Source: Chromera velia (lineage: Eukaryota). Taken from it: a DNA stretch of 54,116 bases. The stretch's first letter is position 1, and each line of letters starts with the position of its first letter. The position numbers and the translations under genes were made by a program. The stretch is from the NCBI GenBank assembly GCA_018398765.1, contig JAHBMJ010000205.1, positions 1 through 54,116 on the forward strand. The letters run 5' to 3'. The notes under the pieces are model-generated. The model did not search any database. It was not told where the DNA came from and saw only the letters and a program-made list of their open reading frames with translations. Below are positions 1 through 12,850 of the stretch, in pieces.

Positions 1-619
1 TGGCTTGTACGGCGACTTGATCACCCGCCAAACTTGCTAGTACTGGGACTGGGAAACTAACTTCGCAATACTAAGCCCGGCCGGCATTAATTAAGTGCAC
101 TAAGAGAATTAAGTGATAGACTGACAATACAGAGAAAGAAATAATAGACTTGCAATACAGAAATAAATAGAAGCATGCCGTACAGTCTTCGTCCGTCTGT
201 ATCGCTTGAATGGAGTCCTTGGAAGTGAACTCTGAGTGACAGACTTAAGGAGGTAAGGTATGATGAGTCCCCAACTAGACTACGTTCTTAGTCTAGGAGG
301 AAATCCGACGGTGTCCTGTTTCTGTTGTCTGCTCTTTCCCTTCTATCGTCCCTTTACAGGTAGGCGTGTACAGGGTTTTGGTTTTCACTTAAAGTGGGGA
401 CGACTGGAATTTTGGTACGGGCATGAAAGGAGTTAGATAGGCCAGAGGTATTGTTCATCCCTTTTATCCGTTTCTCTCTCTTGTTAATCTGTTTTCCCAG
501 ATAGGCGACTAGATGGGGAGGTGACAAGAAAGAGGGGCGGGAGACAAGGGGTCTCCTGCTGGGTGGGCATGGGCTCAGCCAGGCAGAAAAGCAAGAAGAG
601 TTAGGTAGGAAAGCAAGAA

Positions 620-3250
620 AGTCAGAGGAGTGGGTCCTCTCCCGCTGCACCCTTTCCGTAAACCTCCGCAGCCATACATGTTTGGTAGTTGTCTTGTTCT
701 GTCTCGTCTTGTTTATGTTCGTGTTTGTGTGTTTGTCTTCACTGCTCTGGCATAGGTGGCGCACGTACCTCTGCATCATGAGTAAAGCATCCAATGCTCG
801 GGCAATGTATGAAGCCATGCAAGAAGCGGGCCCAAATTTCATGTAAACCGAGTATCAATTTTTTGGGGGGGCAGCTCGGGTGGAACGGACGAGCGTGGAC
901 CGTTTAAGGTCAATTACGTGGGGTGTATGGGTGGGTGGATCCGACATTCATGAGGAGGCATTATCCTATCTGCTCGCATCCATTGTCCTGCACTCCGTGT
1001 CCGGTGCCCGTCCGTATAAGAGTTCCATGCACAGGAAACAGATGGGCTGTTTTTGTGGCGAAGGTGAGTGCCCGAAGCACTTAAACAGTCCGATTCCTGT
1101 GCAATTTCCTTCCTCCGTTTTGAGCAGAATGGGCCTGGCCAGACCAGTTAGGCAGCCCGAAAGAACGCTGTCAGCTGGCATGAGGGGCGTAAATGAGTCT
1201 GTGTCCGTTTATGACCTGGCTGCCTGTCTGCGATCCGTTGCGGTGATAGCATGTTGCCTGACCAACGCTTTGATCTATACTTTGGTCTCACTCCCTGTCA
1301 GGGCTTTGCATCACCCTCGAGTGAATCTACGGGAGAATGTAGATAGAAAGGGGGGAGGGTGCTCATGGGGAGCATCACGTCTGGCAGGTGGTAGCTTAGG
1401 CAGGGGGAAAGACCACTGTGCGCGCACCAAAACTTTTCGTCTCTTTGTCACATCTCTCTCTATACACTGCGCTTCAGTAGGATTGCAAGGGCGTCCTGCG
1501 TTCATGAATGAACTGTCCCGTTCGGATGTATAAGTGCCGTGAAAGAGAGACCCGATCCAAGTACAGGGGGCATTTGGGTGAGTATGAGAGCTCAAGTGTG
1601 TTGTGGGCGTTTCTTTCCTCTGCCGGCATCTCATCCTGCTTGAAGTCTATCCTCCGCTGTGGGAGGTCAGGTTAGGGGTGAGTGTAAATCCGGGTATGTT
1701 CGGTTTTGTTGGTTTATATTTATGAAATCCTTTCTCCAGAACGTCAAGGGAGTGCGTGGTGGCTCTCCTATGATTTTAATTGTTTCTGCAAGGCATGCGT
1801 GAAGGAGTAGGGGGTGCCTCGGGGGCACCTTCCTTGAAGTGCAGTTCGTTTGTGTATGTTTGTTTTCTCTCTCTCTTTCTTCTTTGTTTGGATTTTCGCA
1901 CGGCCCGGGGAAGCTCGTCGCATCATAGGGACGTGTATGGACGGTGGGCGCTGTCCGGGTGTGGGCGTCTTCGGGTTTTCCGTTTTAAATTCGTTTTCAC
2001 AGACGGAAAGGAGCTGGGAGGGAAAGCCTTCCCGTCCTGTCTATATAGGCAGAGACCTTTTGCAGTCGTATTTTCCTTGAGCTGCCGGTTGGTGTTAGGG
2101 GGGCTTGCGATGCCGACGCCCTAACACATGGCTGATCCGAACTAGAGTAGGGTGGGTAAGGCAAGCAAAACATTTTCCCTTCCCTTTGTGGTGGTCGCGG
2201 GGGCCATCCATACATACCGTCTGTACGAGTGCATGAAAGAAGGAAAAGAAGTATTGGAGGAGAAGGTGGTAAGGATTTTGCTTTTGACAGGCCTGTTCTG
2301 TAAGATTGGGTCTTTTTGCCAAGGGGCAGGGCCTACCAAGGCTGTCAAAGGCTCTTGGTTCCCAATGAACTACATTTTGGTTTGTATGAGGAATGCTTGT
2401 GTTTTGTTTGCCTTTCTGTTTTTTATTCTTTTTGTACGTTCAGAGCAGGGTCCGTCCGGTAAAGGAAGTATTGCAGGCAGCGCAGGCTCCTGCATGCTAG
2501 ATATCATCGGTTTTCTGCGTGTGGGGCGGGGTTCTATCTGAAGGTAGATGGGCTGTGTGTCCCATGCGTTCGTAAGCATAGACGGCATGGGCTCGGGGCC
2601 TGTGTTTTTCTGTGCTGTTCCTTTCGCCTTTCCCGGTGTGGTTTCGTTTTATCCCTTTCTTCCAGCCTGGTTGGCTGGTTTCCAATTCCCTGTTTGCCCT
2701 GCACACGCGTGAGCCCAGTGTGCTCTCACTTGTTAAAGGATAATAAATGACGTCTGTAGAGGACGGCGCATGAGAGCATGAGAAAAAGGAATAAAGAGAG
2801 AAGAGGTAAATGATACATGAGTAATTCTTTTGTGTTTGTGCTGTGTTGGTTGGGAGGAAAAACAGTATCCGTTTCGGGTGTGGGGAAAGGGGAGGACCTA
2901 TGGCAATCCCTTCCCTGCATATCTTCTAAACGTGTGGGCGTTTCGAGCTAGGTGTGTTTGGGGTACATCCCGGCGTGGCTGCGTCCAACTAATGAGCACA
3001 CGTTCTGGGCTGCTGGCCATAGTGGCGGGGCAGCGTTTAGGCAGTTCGGGGGATGCCGTATTTTTGTAACTTGCTTGGATGGGGAGCGGTGCTTCTCACT
3101 GCAGGGACTCGTATCTGTGCTTGCACAGGAGCCTCCTACAGCAATTGCCTGTTTGTATATGCGGATTACCCTGCCTGCATATAGTGGTCCTTTAGTCATA
3201 AGGAGGACGCTCCCATTAGATCGCCAGTTACGGTGACTGGCAGGCAATAG
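620..3250 (-). mobile_element. Highly degenerate non-LTR retrotransposon (LINE; RT + C-terminal Cys motif) remnant
   Basis: Minus-strand fragments in different frames show decayed LINE RT motifs in the right order: GRVIRIYK (~3165), KRNHTGKGERNST (~2635, cf. Q-GFR..RST), RAFDSL (~2345, cf. KAFD), SFMHSYRRYV (~2230), AAQG...AYID (~2080-2045), IPGFTLTPNLT (~1685, cf. YLGV), FTALIHP (~1530, cf. YKALIRP), IERDVTKR (~1455), CFLC...PDT (~1030). Boundaries approximate. Confidence 0.55.
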
Positions 3251-4298
3251 TCAAGCATCAGGAAAAGAAGAAAAGGAAAATTAGGGAGCCGGGTGATTAA
3301 AGAAAGGACCTTTCTCATGCTTCCCGATTCCCCCTCATTAGAGGGGTGTGTATTGCGCTGCATGCTCCATAGTCTTTCCTCGGAGGCTTAGGAGGGGGTA
3401 TATGAAAGAAAACGATGGTCCTGTTCCTGGTTAGATTCGCGGAGGGTGAATTGTCCCGGCCTTTCCATTCGTCTCTTCGCCCCGATCCAGAGAAAGGAGC
3501 GACACGCACACGGTGGCCCGTCCACACGGGGTGGCAGGGCGCCTGCGACAGAGGTGTGCATGTTGTGAGTTCTATGGTATGGCCTGCATGCACTTTGGCG
3601 TAAGAAATATACGTGAGGCACTCACCGTAGTGGTGTGTGCTCCGGGCCTTCACATGGAATTTAATTAGGACGATGGTGCGGTTACGCCATCGGAGGCTTC
3701 AGAATTAATTCCGGTTGAATTAATTTCTAGATAGTCAGACAGACATGTACGGCAGTTACTGTCTGTCTGAGCAAGAAACTTGACCTAGGGATTGACAGAG
3801 TTTCATGTGTAGGAACTGTACTGTGCCCTATGTGTCTCTGTGGTTCTCTTGTACTCTGAGTATTGCACGAGGCCACCAGCAGGAGCTGTCTGTGGACTGT
3901 GGGGGTTCATAGATTTTCTGTCTGGTGAAAAAACTGATCAGACAATTATTTCTGTTCATCTGTATCGGTCTAGACGGGTACGTTAGGTCAACGTATTTGC
4001 TGTGGTCTTCTAATAGGAGAGGGCTAGGAATTCGGGAGTATAGCAGTTTGAGGAGTCCTCTAGACAGGCTAGAGGATCGATATGGGAGGGCCCATAGGAT
4101 TCCACTGGAGGAATCACGAGAGAGGTGAGACTCTAGTTTTCACTAACATTTGTACGCTTACTAGTTCATATTATAATTTTTTTTTTAAACTTGGTCCTTT
4201 CTAATTAAAAATTATATTTTTTAAAGTAAAGATCGTTTTTTAAAAAAACACAAAAAATGTAGCCCGGGGGCCTCCGGCCTCTAGACGCCCTAATTTTC

Positions 4299-4620
4299 GT
4301 CGCTGGTAGTCGTAGGATAGAACAAATCAACAAACTAGATTAGATCCGCCTCTCATATATGGGGACGCGGCATGCATGAAAAAACCCTCAATCATCTTTC
4401 TGATTAAAAGGGTAGCCTTTTTTCAATGAAAGAACTGAAGGGTTTCGAAGGTTCTGCCCTGCATCCCCTCTGTCTCTTTTCTCTCTCTTTTGATTGTCCA
4501 ACCTGTTGTGAGGCTGCGATTGATCAGCTATATCAGGGTGATCGAAGTCACGCCTATTTTCGTCGCTGGTAGTCGTAGGATGGAACAAATCGACAAACTA
4601 GGTTAGATCCACCTCTCATG
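4299..4620 (+). repeat. Two tandem 3'-end fragments related to the CRE-like element at 42.9-47.0 kb
   Basis: cgtcgctggtagtcgtagga..gaacaaatc..caaactag.ttagatcc.cctctcat occurs at 4299 and ~4561. catatatggggacgcggcatg (4354-4374) is identical to 46926-46946, and aaagggtagcc (~4407) matches ~46713. Confidence 0.7.
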
Positions 4621-5149
4621 AATGAATGAAGTGAATGAAGTTGGCTTTACTAGAGTGGAGCCGTGCTCCCAGCAGCCCATGTTCATGCAAAAGATCGTCA
4701 ATCACTCAACTCTAGAGATAAGGCTAAGCGCGAGATCCCCTGAAGTGCTCGCTTGGTGAGCTCACGAGCAGCATGCACATTGTAGGTGGCAATATAAGAC
4801 TCGAACATAAGAAGAAAAGGTCGCGTTCATACAGAGACAGGCGTGCACAGTGAGTGATAAAGATCGCAAACGGCTCTGCATGCTTCATACGGATCGACTT
4901 GTAAAGCTAAAAGCAGCATCTTCCTCGCTTTTGTTTCGGCTGTATCCAATCCCTCAATTCCTTCTCTCTGAATCCTTTGCTTCACTTTCTTTCCCTCTAC
5001 CACTTTGTTTAGTTTATTTCTTGCTTCTACCCAATTGGAGCATACTGAAAGCCGGTGCCAGAGATCATCAATTTTTCTTCCATTTGAACAACCCTCTGCC
5101 AGACAAAACACCTCTCCCGGAGAGTTGGCCCCCCCCGTTAGACCCTTCC

Positions 5150-5220
5150 GATTTAGTGTCAATGTCCTTAGGCATATATGGGGACGCGGCATGCATGAAA
5201 AACCCCTCATTTCAATCATC
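5150..5220 (+). repeat. Third copy of the CRE-like 3'-terminal motif
   Basis: catatatggggacgcggcatgcatgaaaaa.ccctca at 5173 matches 4354 and, over its first 21 nt, 46926. Confidence 0.7.
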
Positions 5221-5670
5221 ATTTACCAGCCCGATGCAGGACCGTTAGAGACACTAAAGAGTGACTGACCTTTTTTTGTCCACCGCATGCAGGTCGCACC
5301 GCGGCTTTCTGGGACCCATGCATGCAGCTGTCTCAGCGGCCCCGATTGCATGAACTCCGCGGCCGTCTCTGCATGTTTCGTGACTTCATCCTCTTCTCGT
5401 GCTGGCGGGTCACTGGTGACGTACAGCTACGTCTTCGTCCTTGAGAAACCCTCCACGTGTTTCGTGAATGTCCCAAACCCCAGAGACATGTGCCAAGTTT
5501 CTGTATAAGTCTCAGACAGGCCCATAAAGGACTTTCAACACCCTAGCTGAAGCTGTTTCCCCCCAGTTTGGGTCTTCTGTCTCCCAACAATGGATTGAAA
5601 CAGTAACACCGTGAAAGAGAGCGGTGCTTGTGTAAAATCTCCTTCCCTCTTCCTCACACCCCCTCTTTCC

Positions 5671-7836
5671 ATGTCTGTGGGTCTCTTTTTGGTCCTGCTG
5701 TGGACGGGGACGCTGGCAGTCCTCGCTGGGTCTGGGTCCGCGTTTCTTCAGTCTGTACTTGTAAGGGGGTCGTGGCGAAAGAGAGGGAGGAACCCCGTCT
5801 CGTTCTTCAGTACGCGAACCAACGGACTTTGGGGAGATCCTGTGGTGAGTCTTGGCCCGTGCCTTTTGTTCGTTACTTGACTTGGCGTTCTTGTGTTCTT
5901 TCCCTTCCTTTCTATGAAGGCCGTCTCCCGAGGCAGATCGAGTGTGCTCTTCCTGTTCAGTACATATGGGTGCACGTGTTTGGACGGATGTGTGCAGTTC
6001 TTCGGAGACGACGGGGACGGCCACCTGATCCCATCGGAGGAAGTCAGTGTAAAGTGAGAAAGAAAGGCAGGATGGAGCATAGGAAGAATGAAGTCGCTGC
6101 AGTCTCGGCACTGTGCATCAGTCTATTTCCAGTCTCCAGCAGTCAGGAAGCCGGATTAGACATACAGTTGCTCTCTGAAGGTGTGAAAAACATGCATGAA
6201 TGAGTGAATGCATGTATCCATGCATGTCTGTATGCATGTGGGTCTGTCTGCGTGTCCGTTCTGTCGTTGTGACGTCTCGTTGTTCTGTGGTGTAGAGGGG
6301 CGGGAGGAGCGTCTTGTTAGGGGCGCACTTCCGTCTCCCCGGGCCTGAGGAAGGGGGGGGCGGGGGGGGAAGGGACGGAGACGGGTCCTTGGTCGAGGGA
6401 GGGCTGAGAGATGGAGGCGGAGATCCGGGGGAGGACGGGGGGAGGACGTTAACCCTGGAGGACGTGAAGAGAGAGATTCGGGAGTATCAGGCAGGACGGA
6501 AGGTTGAGAAGGAAAAGAAAGTGGAAGACAGAGAGAGAAGCAAGAGAAGGGGGGGTCGGAAAGGACCAGCAGTGATGGAGGAAGGGGACTGGGAAGAGGA
6601 GGGGGGTGTGAGATCCCCGCTGTTGAACATTCAAAGCGCAGTAGACGATGAGGGGGAGATGGGGACAGTTCCTGAGTTTGCTTTCGCCTTTTCCACTGAA
6701 GCTCTGGATTCTTTTGATGAATTTTTGGATGAAGAAGACGAAGATGACGAAGACAAAGAAGAGAGCGATGAGGCCCCGTCCGGGGAGGGGGGCAGGAACG
6801 GTTTCGGGTCCAGTGTCCTGGATTTCGCCCGTTCGTCTGTTGATTCTCTCACGTTAGGTGATGGAGAAGAAGAGGAAGAGGAGGAAGAAGATGAAGAAAG
6901 TGCGGAGGAAGAAGAAAAGGATGAGGATGAGGGCGAGAGAGCAGAGGCAGAGATGGCCGATGCGGAGAGAAAGCCTCTTGTGAGGAAGGAAGAGATGACC
7001 CCAGAGATCGGGAGGCAGTCTGCGCCCAAGCGAATGTTCGGGTCATGGAAAGTAAGGGCTGGGGAGGCCCTACAGAGAGCGACGTTGAGTTCTCTCGCCT
7101 CAGCAAACCGTCGTTTGCCTGAAGACCTCACGAGGAGACTCAGAGAGGCGTTCAGGTCCGTCGGTCGGTCGGTTGATCTGACTGTCTTCAGCATTCATTT
7201 TCCTTTTCTTTTTTGTCTCTCTTCTCTGCATGAGCTCGTCTTGTGGAGTGAAAAGTTGGGTGTGTCGTTTGTGTACAAATGGTTCGTTCTTCTTCGACTA
7301 CAGGCCTCCAGTCGTGTTTGAACTTTGTTTTCATGGAGTGATGGTATCTCTTGACGCTCGCTCCTGTGCGTTCATGCCTTTGTCTTGTTGGGTAAGTGTA
7401 AACGTGAGAAAGAACATGTGCATGCATATTTGTGTGTGAATGTCATCTCACATGTGTGGGATCATTTTGCAGTGACATCCGTCAGTTCCGGCTGTCTGCT
7501 TATGGGGCACTCTTACTGGTTTGTCGTGATGCCTCTCATGACCCTGGCACTCAACCGCTCCGCCTAGTGCCACTAGGGTGGAAGTACGTCAGCCGTCTCC
7601 AGCAGTTGCTGGTCGAGGTGGCGTGTCCACAGGAAGAGATCGTTTTTCGCTTTTCTGGACCACTGGCGGATGCTCTGGAGGGTCGATTCAAATCCAGGGG
7701 TTTTCTTTCGTCAGTCCTTTCTCTGTGTCGTCGGGTCTTGTGTGCTCCCCTACATTTTTTTCGGTCGTTCGTTTGTCCGTATCTTCTTGTTTTTCCATTT
7801 TTTCCTTCTTCGCTTTACTTTGATTTCCTTTCTATG

Positions 7837-7876
<40 letters not shown>

Positions 7877-9268
7877 GGTGCCGCATATGAAAGAGAGAGA
7901 TCAAAAGAGAGTCCTCCGGATACGGTGCGTGCGCGTGTGTCTGATTGGGTACTCTCTCTTTTGCCCATTTTTTGAGTCCCTCTTTGCCTGGCTCACCTCC
8001 TGTCCCTACCATTTTTTCTTTTCTTCTCTCTCTGCAGTTTGAGAGCGATGAGCAGGGGAGAGCTCGAGACACTACAAGCAGATCCCTCTGACTCCCCCCC
8101 CACTCAGTCACCCCGCATCAGTGTGCCCCCTCCCAGTGCGACCAAGCGTTTCATTTCCACTATTGTCCAGACAACAGGTCCATTCGGGGAAATGACTGTT
8201 GCACCCACTCCAAGAGGGGGCCTCGGGTCTCTCGGGAGAATTTCAAAAAAAGCAACCGAAGTAGCACTCCACCTCAGAGATCTAGCAGATGATAAGAAGA
8301 AGAAGGGGGAGCGGGAAAGGAAAGAGAGGCTGTCACCCCGGAGGTCCCCCCTCTGGCGGTTGGATGCCCTCTGTGATGATGAAATCGGCCCGGCATGGCG
8401 GTTTCCTTCGGATGACGAGTTGACTGCCCGTGGTTTGCCGTCTCTCACCGAGGTCTGGTCAGAGCCCATCTCAGAAGACCGCGCAGTCCTTGCTGTTGGT
8501 GTTGAGATCGCACAGATAGAAGGACCGCAGGTTCGATCTCGAAAGCAACGACGACGAGATATCACAGGGGTGATCCCTGTAGGAAATGGGACCTCAGGGG
8601 TGACAGTACCCACCATGAAGGTCCCCACTCCCAGGACCCCGGAAGAAGACAGAAAAAGACGTTTCAGCAAAAGGTGGAAAAAGGGAGACGAACCAAAGAA
8701 ATACAGAAAAGAAAACGAAAGAGTGCCCGCATTGACGGTGCAAGTTGATGGAAAGCTTCGGGCATTTGTTCCGTTGACTCGCGATGCCCTTCTGTCTGTT
8801 GGTGTGACGGCTGGTCCAGGTACAGAGAGTCTCCAAGAGTGTGTCAAGGCACTCACCGAAACTCAGGTGGAGAATCTGGCCCTATCTTCCCCACGAGTTG
8901 CCTCTTTCCTCCGAAATTCTGCAGAGGAGAAGGGTGTAACGTCCCAACAGGACAATGAAAGAGAAGCTAAAACCCCACGACCCGAAATCGCTGATGCCCC
9001 TACACTTGATTGTTCTTCAGGTTTTGTGCGTCGTTCTGTTTTTGTGCCCCACCGTTTGCTGGTCAACCTGGTGACCTTTGGGGGACGTGGCGCGAGAGAG
9101 CGGACACAAGAGAGAGGCGAGGGAGTTGAAGGAAGGGAGAAAGGAGAAGGAGCGGTCGGAGGAAGAGGAAAAAGGAAGGAGGCGAGGGAGGGGGCATCAG
9201 AAGGAGAGGCACGGGGGGCCGTTGGACTCCAGCAGAGTGAAGCAGAGAGGAGGAGAGGGGAGGAGTGA
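5671..9268 (+). CDS. Hypothetical protein (~833 aa), 4 exons: 5671-5844, 6296-7155, 7473-7709, 8038-9268; signal peptide + SAF motif (putative plastid targeting), acidic low-complexity tract
   Basis: GT-AG introns (donors gtgagt, gtccgt, gtcagt; acceptors tgtag, tgcag, tgcag) join with consistent phases 0, 2, 2 into one open frame ending in TGA. N-terminus MSVGLFLVLLWTGTLAVLAGSGSAF is followed by an R/S-rich stretch. No family recognised; the exon 3 donor is the least certain. Confidence 0.7.
7840..7873. repeat. (GA)n microsatellite, intronic
   Basis: Visible perfect run. Confidence 0.95.
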
Positions 9269-9799
9269 TCGACTGACCGATCTGATTTTGAGTGCCGCAT
9301 GCCATGAGGAAGAAATTGAAGGAAGAAAAGCCAACTGCGGAGATCCATCTGCCTAGACACTGACTGTATAAATGCAGAATTAATACACCCACTGCCTGAC
9401 TGATCGATAGATGACTCAATCTATGGATGACCAGATGAATGAATGACACAATTAATGATCGAATGAATTGATCACCGCATGGAGTCGAGACAAGGGGGGG
9501 ACGGGGGGGGGGGACGTCGGGAAGGCCCAAAAAGGAAAGGATGGCGAACTACTGGGTTCGGTTTTTCCTCAGCAAGAGAAGGAGAAAAAAGAAAAGAAAA
9601 CGAGCAAGCAAAAGGGGAGAGGGGACGATCCACCTCCTTCGCTTTCTTTTCGATTCTGGTTGTTGATACTTTCCTGTCCCTCCCCTTTTCGGTCTCGTCT
9701 CTGCCCCTCCGTTACTCTGCCAAAGAAAACTGAAGACAGATCATCCCGCCGATCCATCAGTCTCTCAAAACTTTGTCTCTTTGTGTACAAGAGTGCAGG

Positions 9800-9830
<31 letters not shown>

Positions 9831-9877
9831 ACAAAGAAAAAGAGACACGATTGATTGTCCTCCCTCTCTGCCTGCAG

Positions 9878-10779
9878 GACGTTCCCTGTTCCCTCGTTGC
9901 CCCCCCCTTCCCTCTGGTGGATGGTCCTGGAGCACCACAGAGCTCTGCTGCAACAGAGCAAAACTCAAATTCATTCAAGGAAAACCCGAAACCTGCCGTG
10001 CGGGGGCAGCCCATCAATTTGCATACGATTCCTTTTGCGATTGACTACTACACCCTGGGGGTCGATCATGCGATCCGAAAGCGGAAGCGCACAGCAGAAA
10101 GGGCAGGGGGGGTGGCAGAGAAGACCGGAGGGGCCCCGGCCGGGTCCTCCAACAGCACCTCCATATCGTCCAGGACCCAGGACCTCAATGAGGTGCCCCA
10201 GCCATTCCCTTCAGGGCCGGCCCCTCTTCAGGGCCCCGGCATGCCCCAACAACCGGGGCCCATCCCCTCTCCATACGTCTACCCGTACTACTACTACCCG
10301 CCGCCTCCCCCCCCCATGAACGCTTCTACAAGCGCCCCCCAAATGCCCCAATACGCAGCCCCCTATCCACCCCAATACTATTGGCCCGCACCCCCCTATC
10401 CATCCCCCTATCCACCCCCCGGCTACCCAGCCCCTTATGCATACTCGCCCCCCCGCCCCGCCCCCCCCGCGCTGCAATCCTCCCAGCAGATGTACACCCA
10501 AAAACATCAACAGCAGCAGATCGCACGGGGGCTGGCGGACCGACCGATCGACTACTCAGATCTGCAGGCGCTCACAGTGGAGCAGTGGGAGACCATAAAG
10601 GTCGGTCAGTCAGCAGTGTTACTCAACGACCTGTCATCAGCACGGGGTTGACGACCGTAAACACGTCCAGTTCTGTAACCTTCAGAAGAAGAAAAAAAAC
10701 GTCTCCGTCTACTCACTCCTCTCTGTAAGATGTTTGCGTAATTGGTGTAGGCTGTACATCCCTCCCCCCCCCCCCCCCN

Positions 10780-10810
<31 letters not shown>

Positions 10811-10835
10811 GTGAGTGAGAGAGAGAGTGTGTGTG

Positions 10836-10870
<35 letters not shown>

Positions 10871-12819
10871 AGTCTGAGCGTGTGTGTTTGTGTATCTGAG
10901 TGTGTGTATGATGCTCCCTCCCTCCCTCCCTGGCCCCTCCCTTCCCTTCGTGCACAAACATTTGTTTGTGCAGATTCGAGAGCGGCTTTCCCAAGCGATC
11001 TTCGTCTCCATCCTCTCTGTCCCCATGGTTGCCTTCGCTCTTCTGAAGGGCGGGCAGCTCTTCGAGATGTCTGTGGGGGCATTGCGGCTTTTGAAGGTGT
11101 GTTTCTCGTTTCTCACTTGCTTTATCTTTTTCTTTTTGTTCGGATGATCAAGCTGGGAGAATTAGTCAGGCGAAAAGACGAACGAATAAGCATGTATCAA
11201 TAGAGCAACATCAAAAGAAGCAGCAGTTGACCGTTTTGGATAATTTTTGGGCCCTTTTTTGACCCTATCAACTCAAGCGCTGATTTTCTGTGACAGCACT
11301 ATGTCGAAAGGTCACTGACGCACGCACCTGCATCAATCCTTCAACCCTCTCTCTCTCTCTGCGTGCAGAGGTTTTTGATCCTGGTCCTTCAGTTTGCCTG
11401 GCCCCTCACCTCCTCTGTCCTCCCGGAGACCTTCCAAGCACTGAAGGTCTGGAACACACAGGCCTGGTTGACTAAGGTCTTGGTGGGGTGTCCTTTTTTG
11501 GTCACCACATGCTCGGAGATGCTTGAGGCTCTGTGCAAGCTGTCCATGGCGGCCTGTCTGGGATCCTCCATCGGAATTCAGAGGCGACTCTCGTCCAGAA
11601 GACCTGCGGGGTTGAGGACCATGGCGCTCGTTTCCACCGGGTGGGTAGGCCAGTCTGTTGTAGTGCCTGTCTGCATAGATTGACTGAATGAGGGGAAGCG
11701 CTTTGGTTGATGCCTGTTTGCCTCTTTCATTTCCTGAGGGGGGCTTTTGGTTGATCGTCTCCAAAGAAACGGTTGAATGAGCGCCGGAGTTACTTTCTGC
11801 CGAATTCTTTCGTGGACCGGTGCATTGGCGGTCTTTTCTTTGTCTGGTGTAGCAAAATTAAATTTAATCAATGAAAACACCAGCAAATTACTCCGTTTAT
11901 TCAATCGTTGCGCACGAACCACAGGGCGGCGATGTTCACGATGAACTCTCTGAGCTTCAAGGGACTTGGTGACTCTGCGCGGGTGGCGGCGCAAGTGGCC
12001 TCTGGGGTAAGCTTGTTTGCCTGCTTCAATGTGGCTGTCTCTCTCTGTCCATCCGCCCGTTTGTTTCACTGTCACTTTGTTTTGATATATACATTGATTT
12101 CTTCTTCGGTGTTTGTATTTATGCCGTTGTCCTTCGGTGTCGGATTCTTCCACCATGCACGTTCTATTGCGTGAACGTTCACGCGGGGGGCAGCCGTTGT
12201 CTTTTCTTTCGCTGTGATCAGTTTGTTTGGATCTGAGAACATGCAAGTTTGGTGCATGGTCCGCGTCCCTCTTTGATTCTTCCTTCGCATTCTTGTCGAA
12301 AAGGGAAAGGAAGGGGTGTGCTCTATTCGTTTTCTGCTTTTCTATTTGACGGTCTATACGTGAGGTTTAAAAACCCATCATCTCACTTCTGCATTTCTTC
12401 CAGGTTCTTCTTTCGTGTGCCTATCCTCTCTTTCTCCTTGTCTGCTGTCGGACTGCATGCAGGTTGGGTTCATCGGGGCAGGCATCATCTCAAAAGAGTA
12501 CATGGAGACCAAAAAAGGTCAGTCAGGGGGGGCAGGGAGGTAACAGAAGGAACAGAAAGAACAAATGGGTCGGGTCTGCTGCGGCGGCCGTTCGATTCGA
12601 TTCCGGTCGGGGTGTCTTTTTTTTTGCCGTGAATGGAGGGGTGGTTTTCGCCTTCGCTTCGTTTCTATTCTTTCTTTTCTTTTGTCTGTCTCTGCTTGAA
12701 GTCTCGCTCCTTCCTGCTTTTCTGCGTCGCTATGTTCCTACGCTTGGATGCACAAGTGAAGAAGTACACTGCTCTACACATTGCTCATCGACTCAACGCT
12801 TGACTGTTTGCGTGTCTCC

Positions 12820-12850
<31 letters not shown>

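Noticed and set aside
354..1533. ORFs 354-842 and 880-1533 as host genes
   Set aside because: They have no recognisable domains or splice structure and overlap the decayed LINE remnant.
9479..9877. ATG at 9479 as first exon of the MgtC gene
   Set aside because: I found no convincing phase-0 donor to join the 9878 acceptor, so the start is left unresolved.
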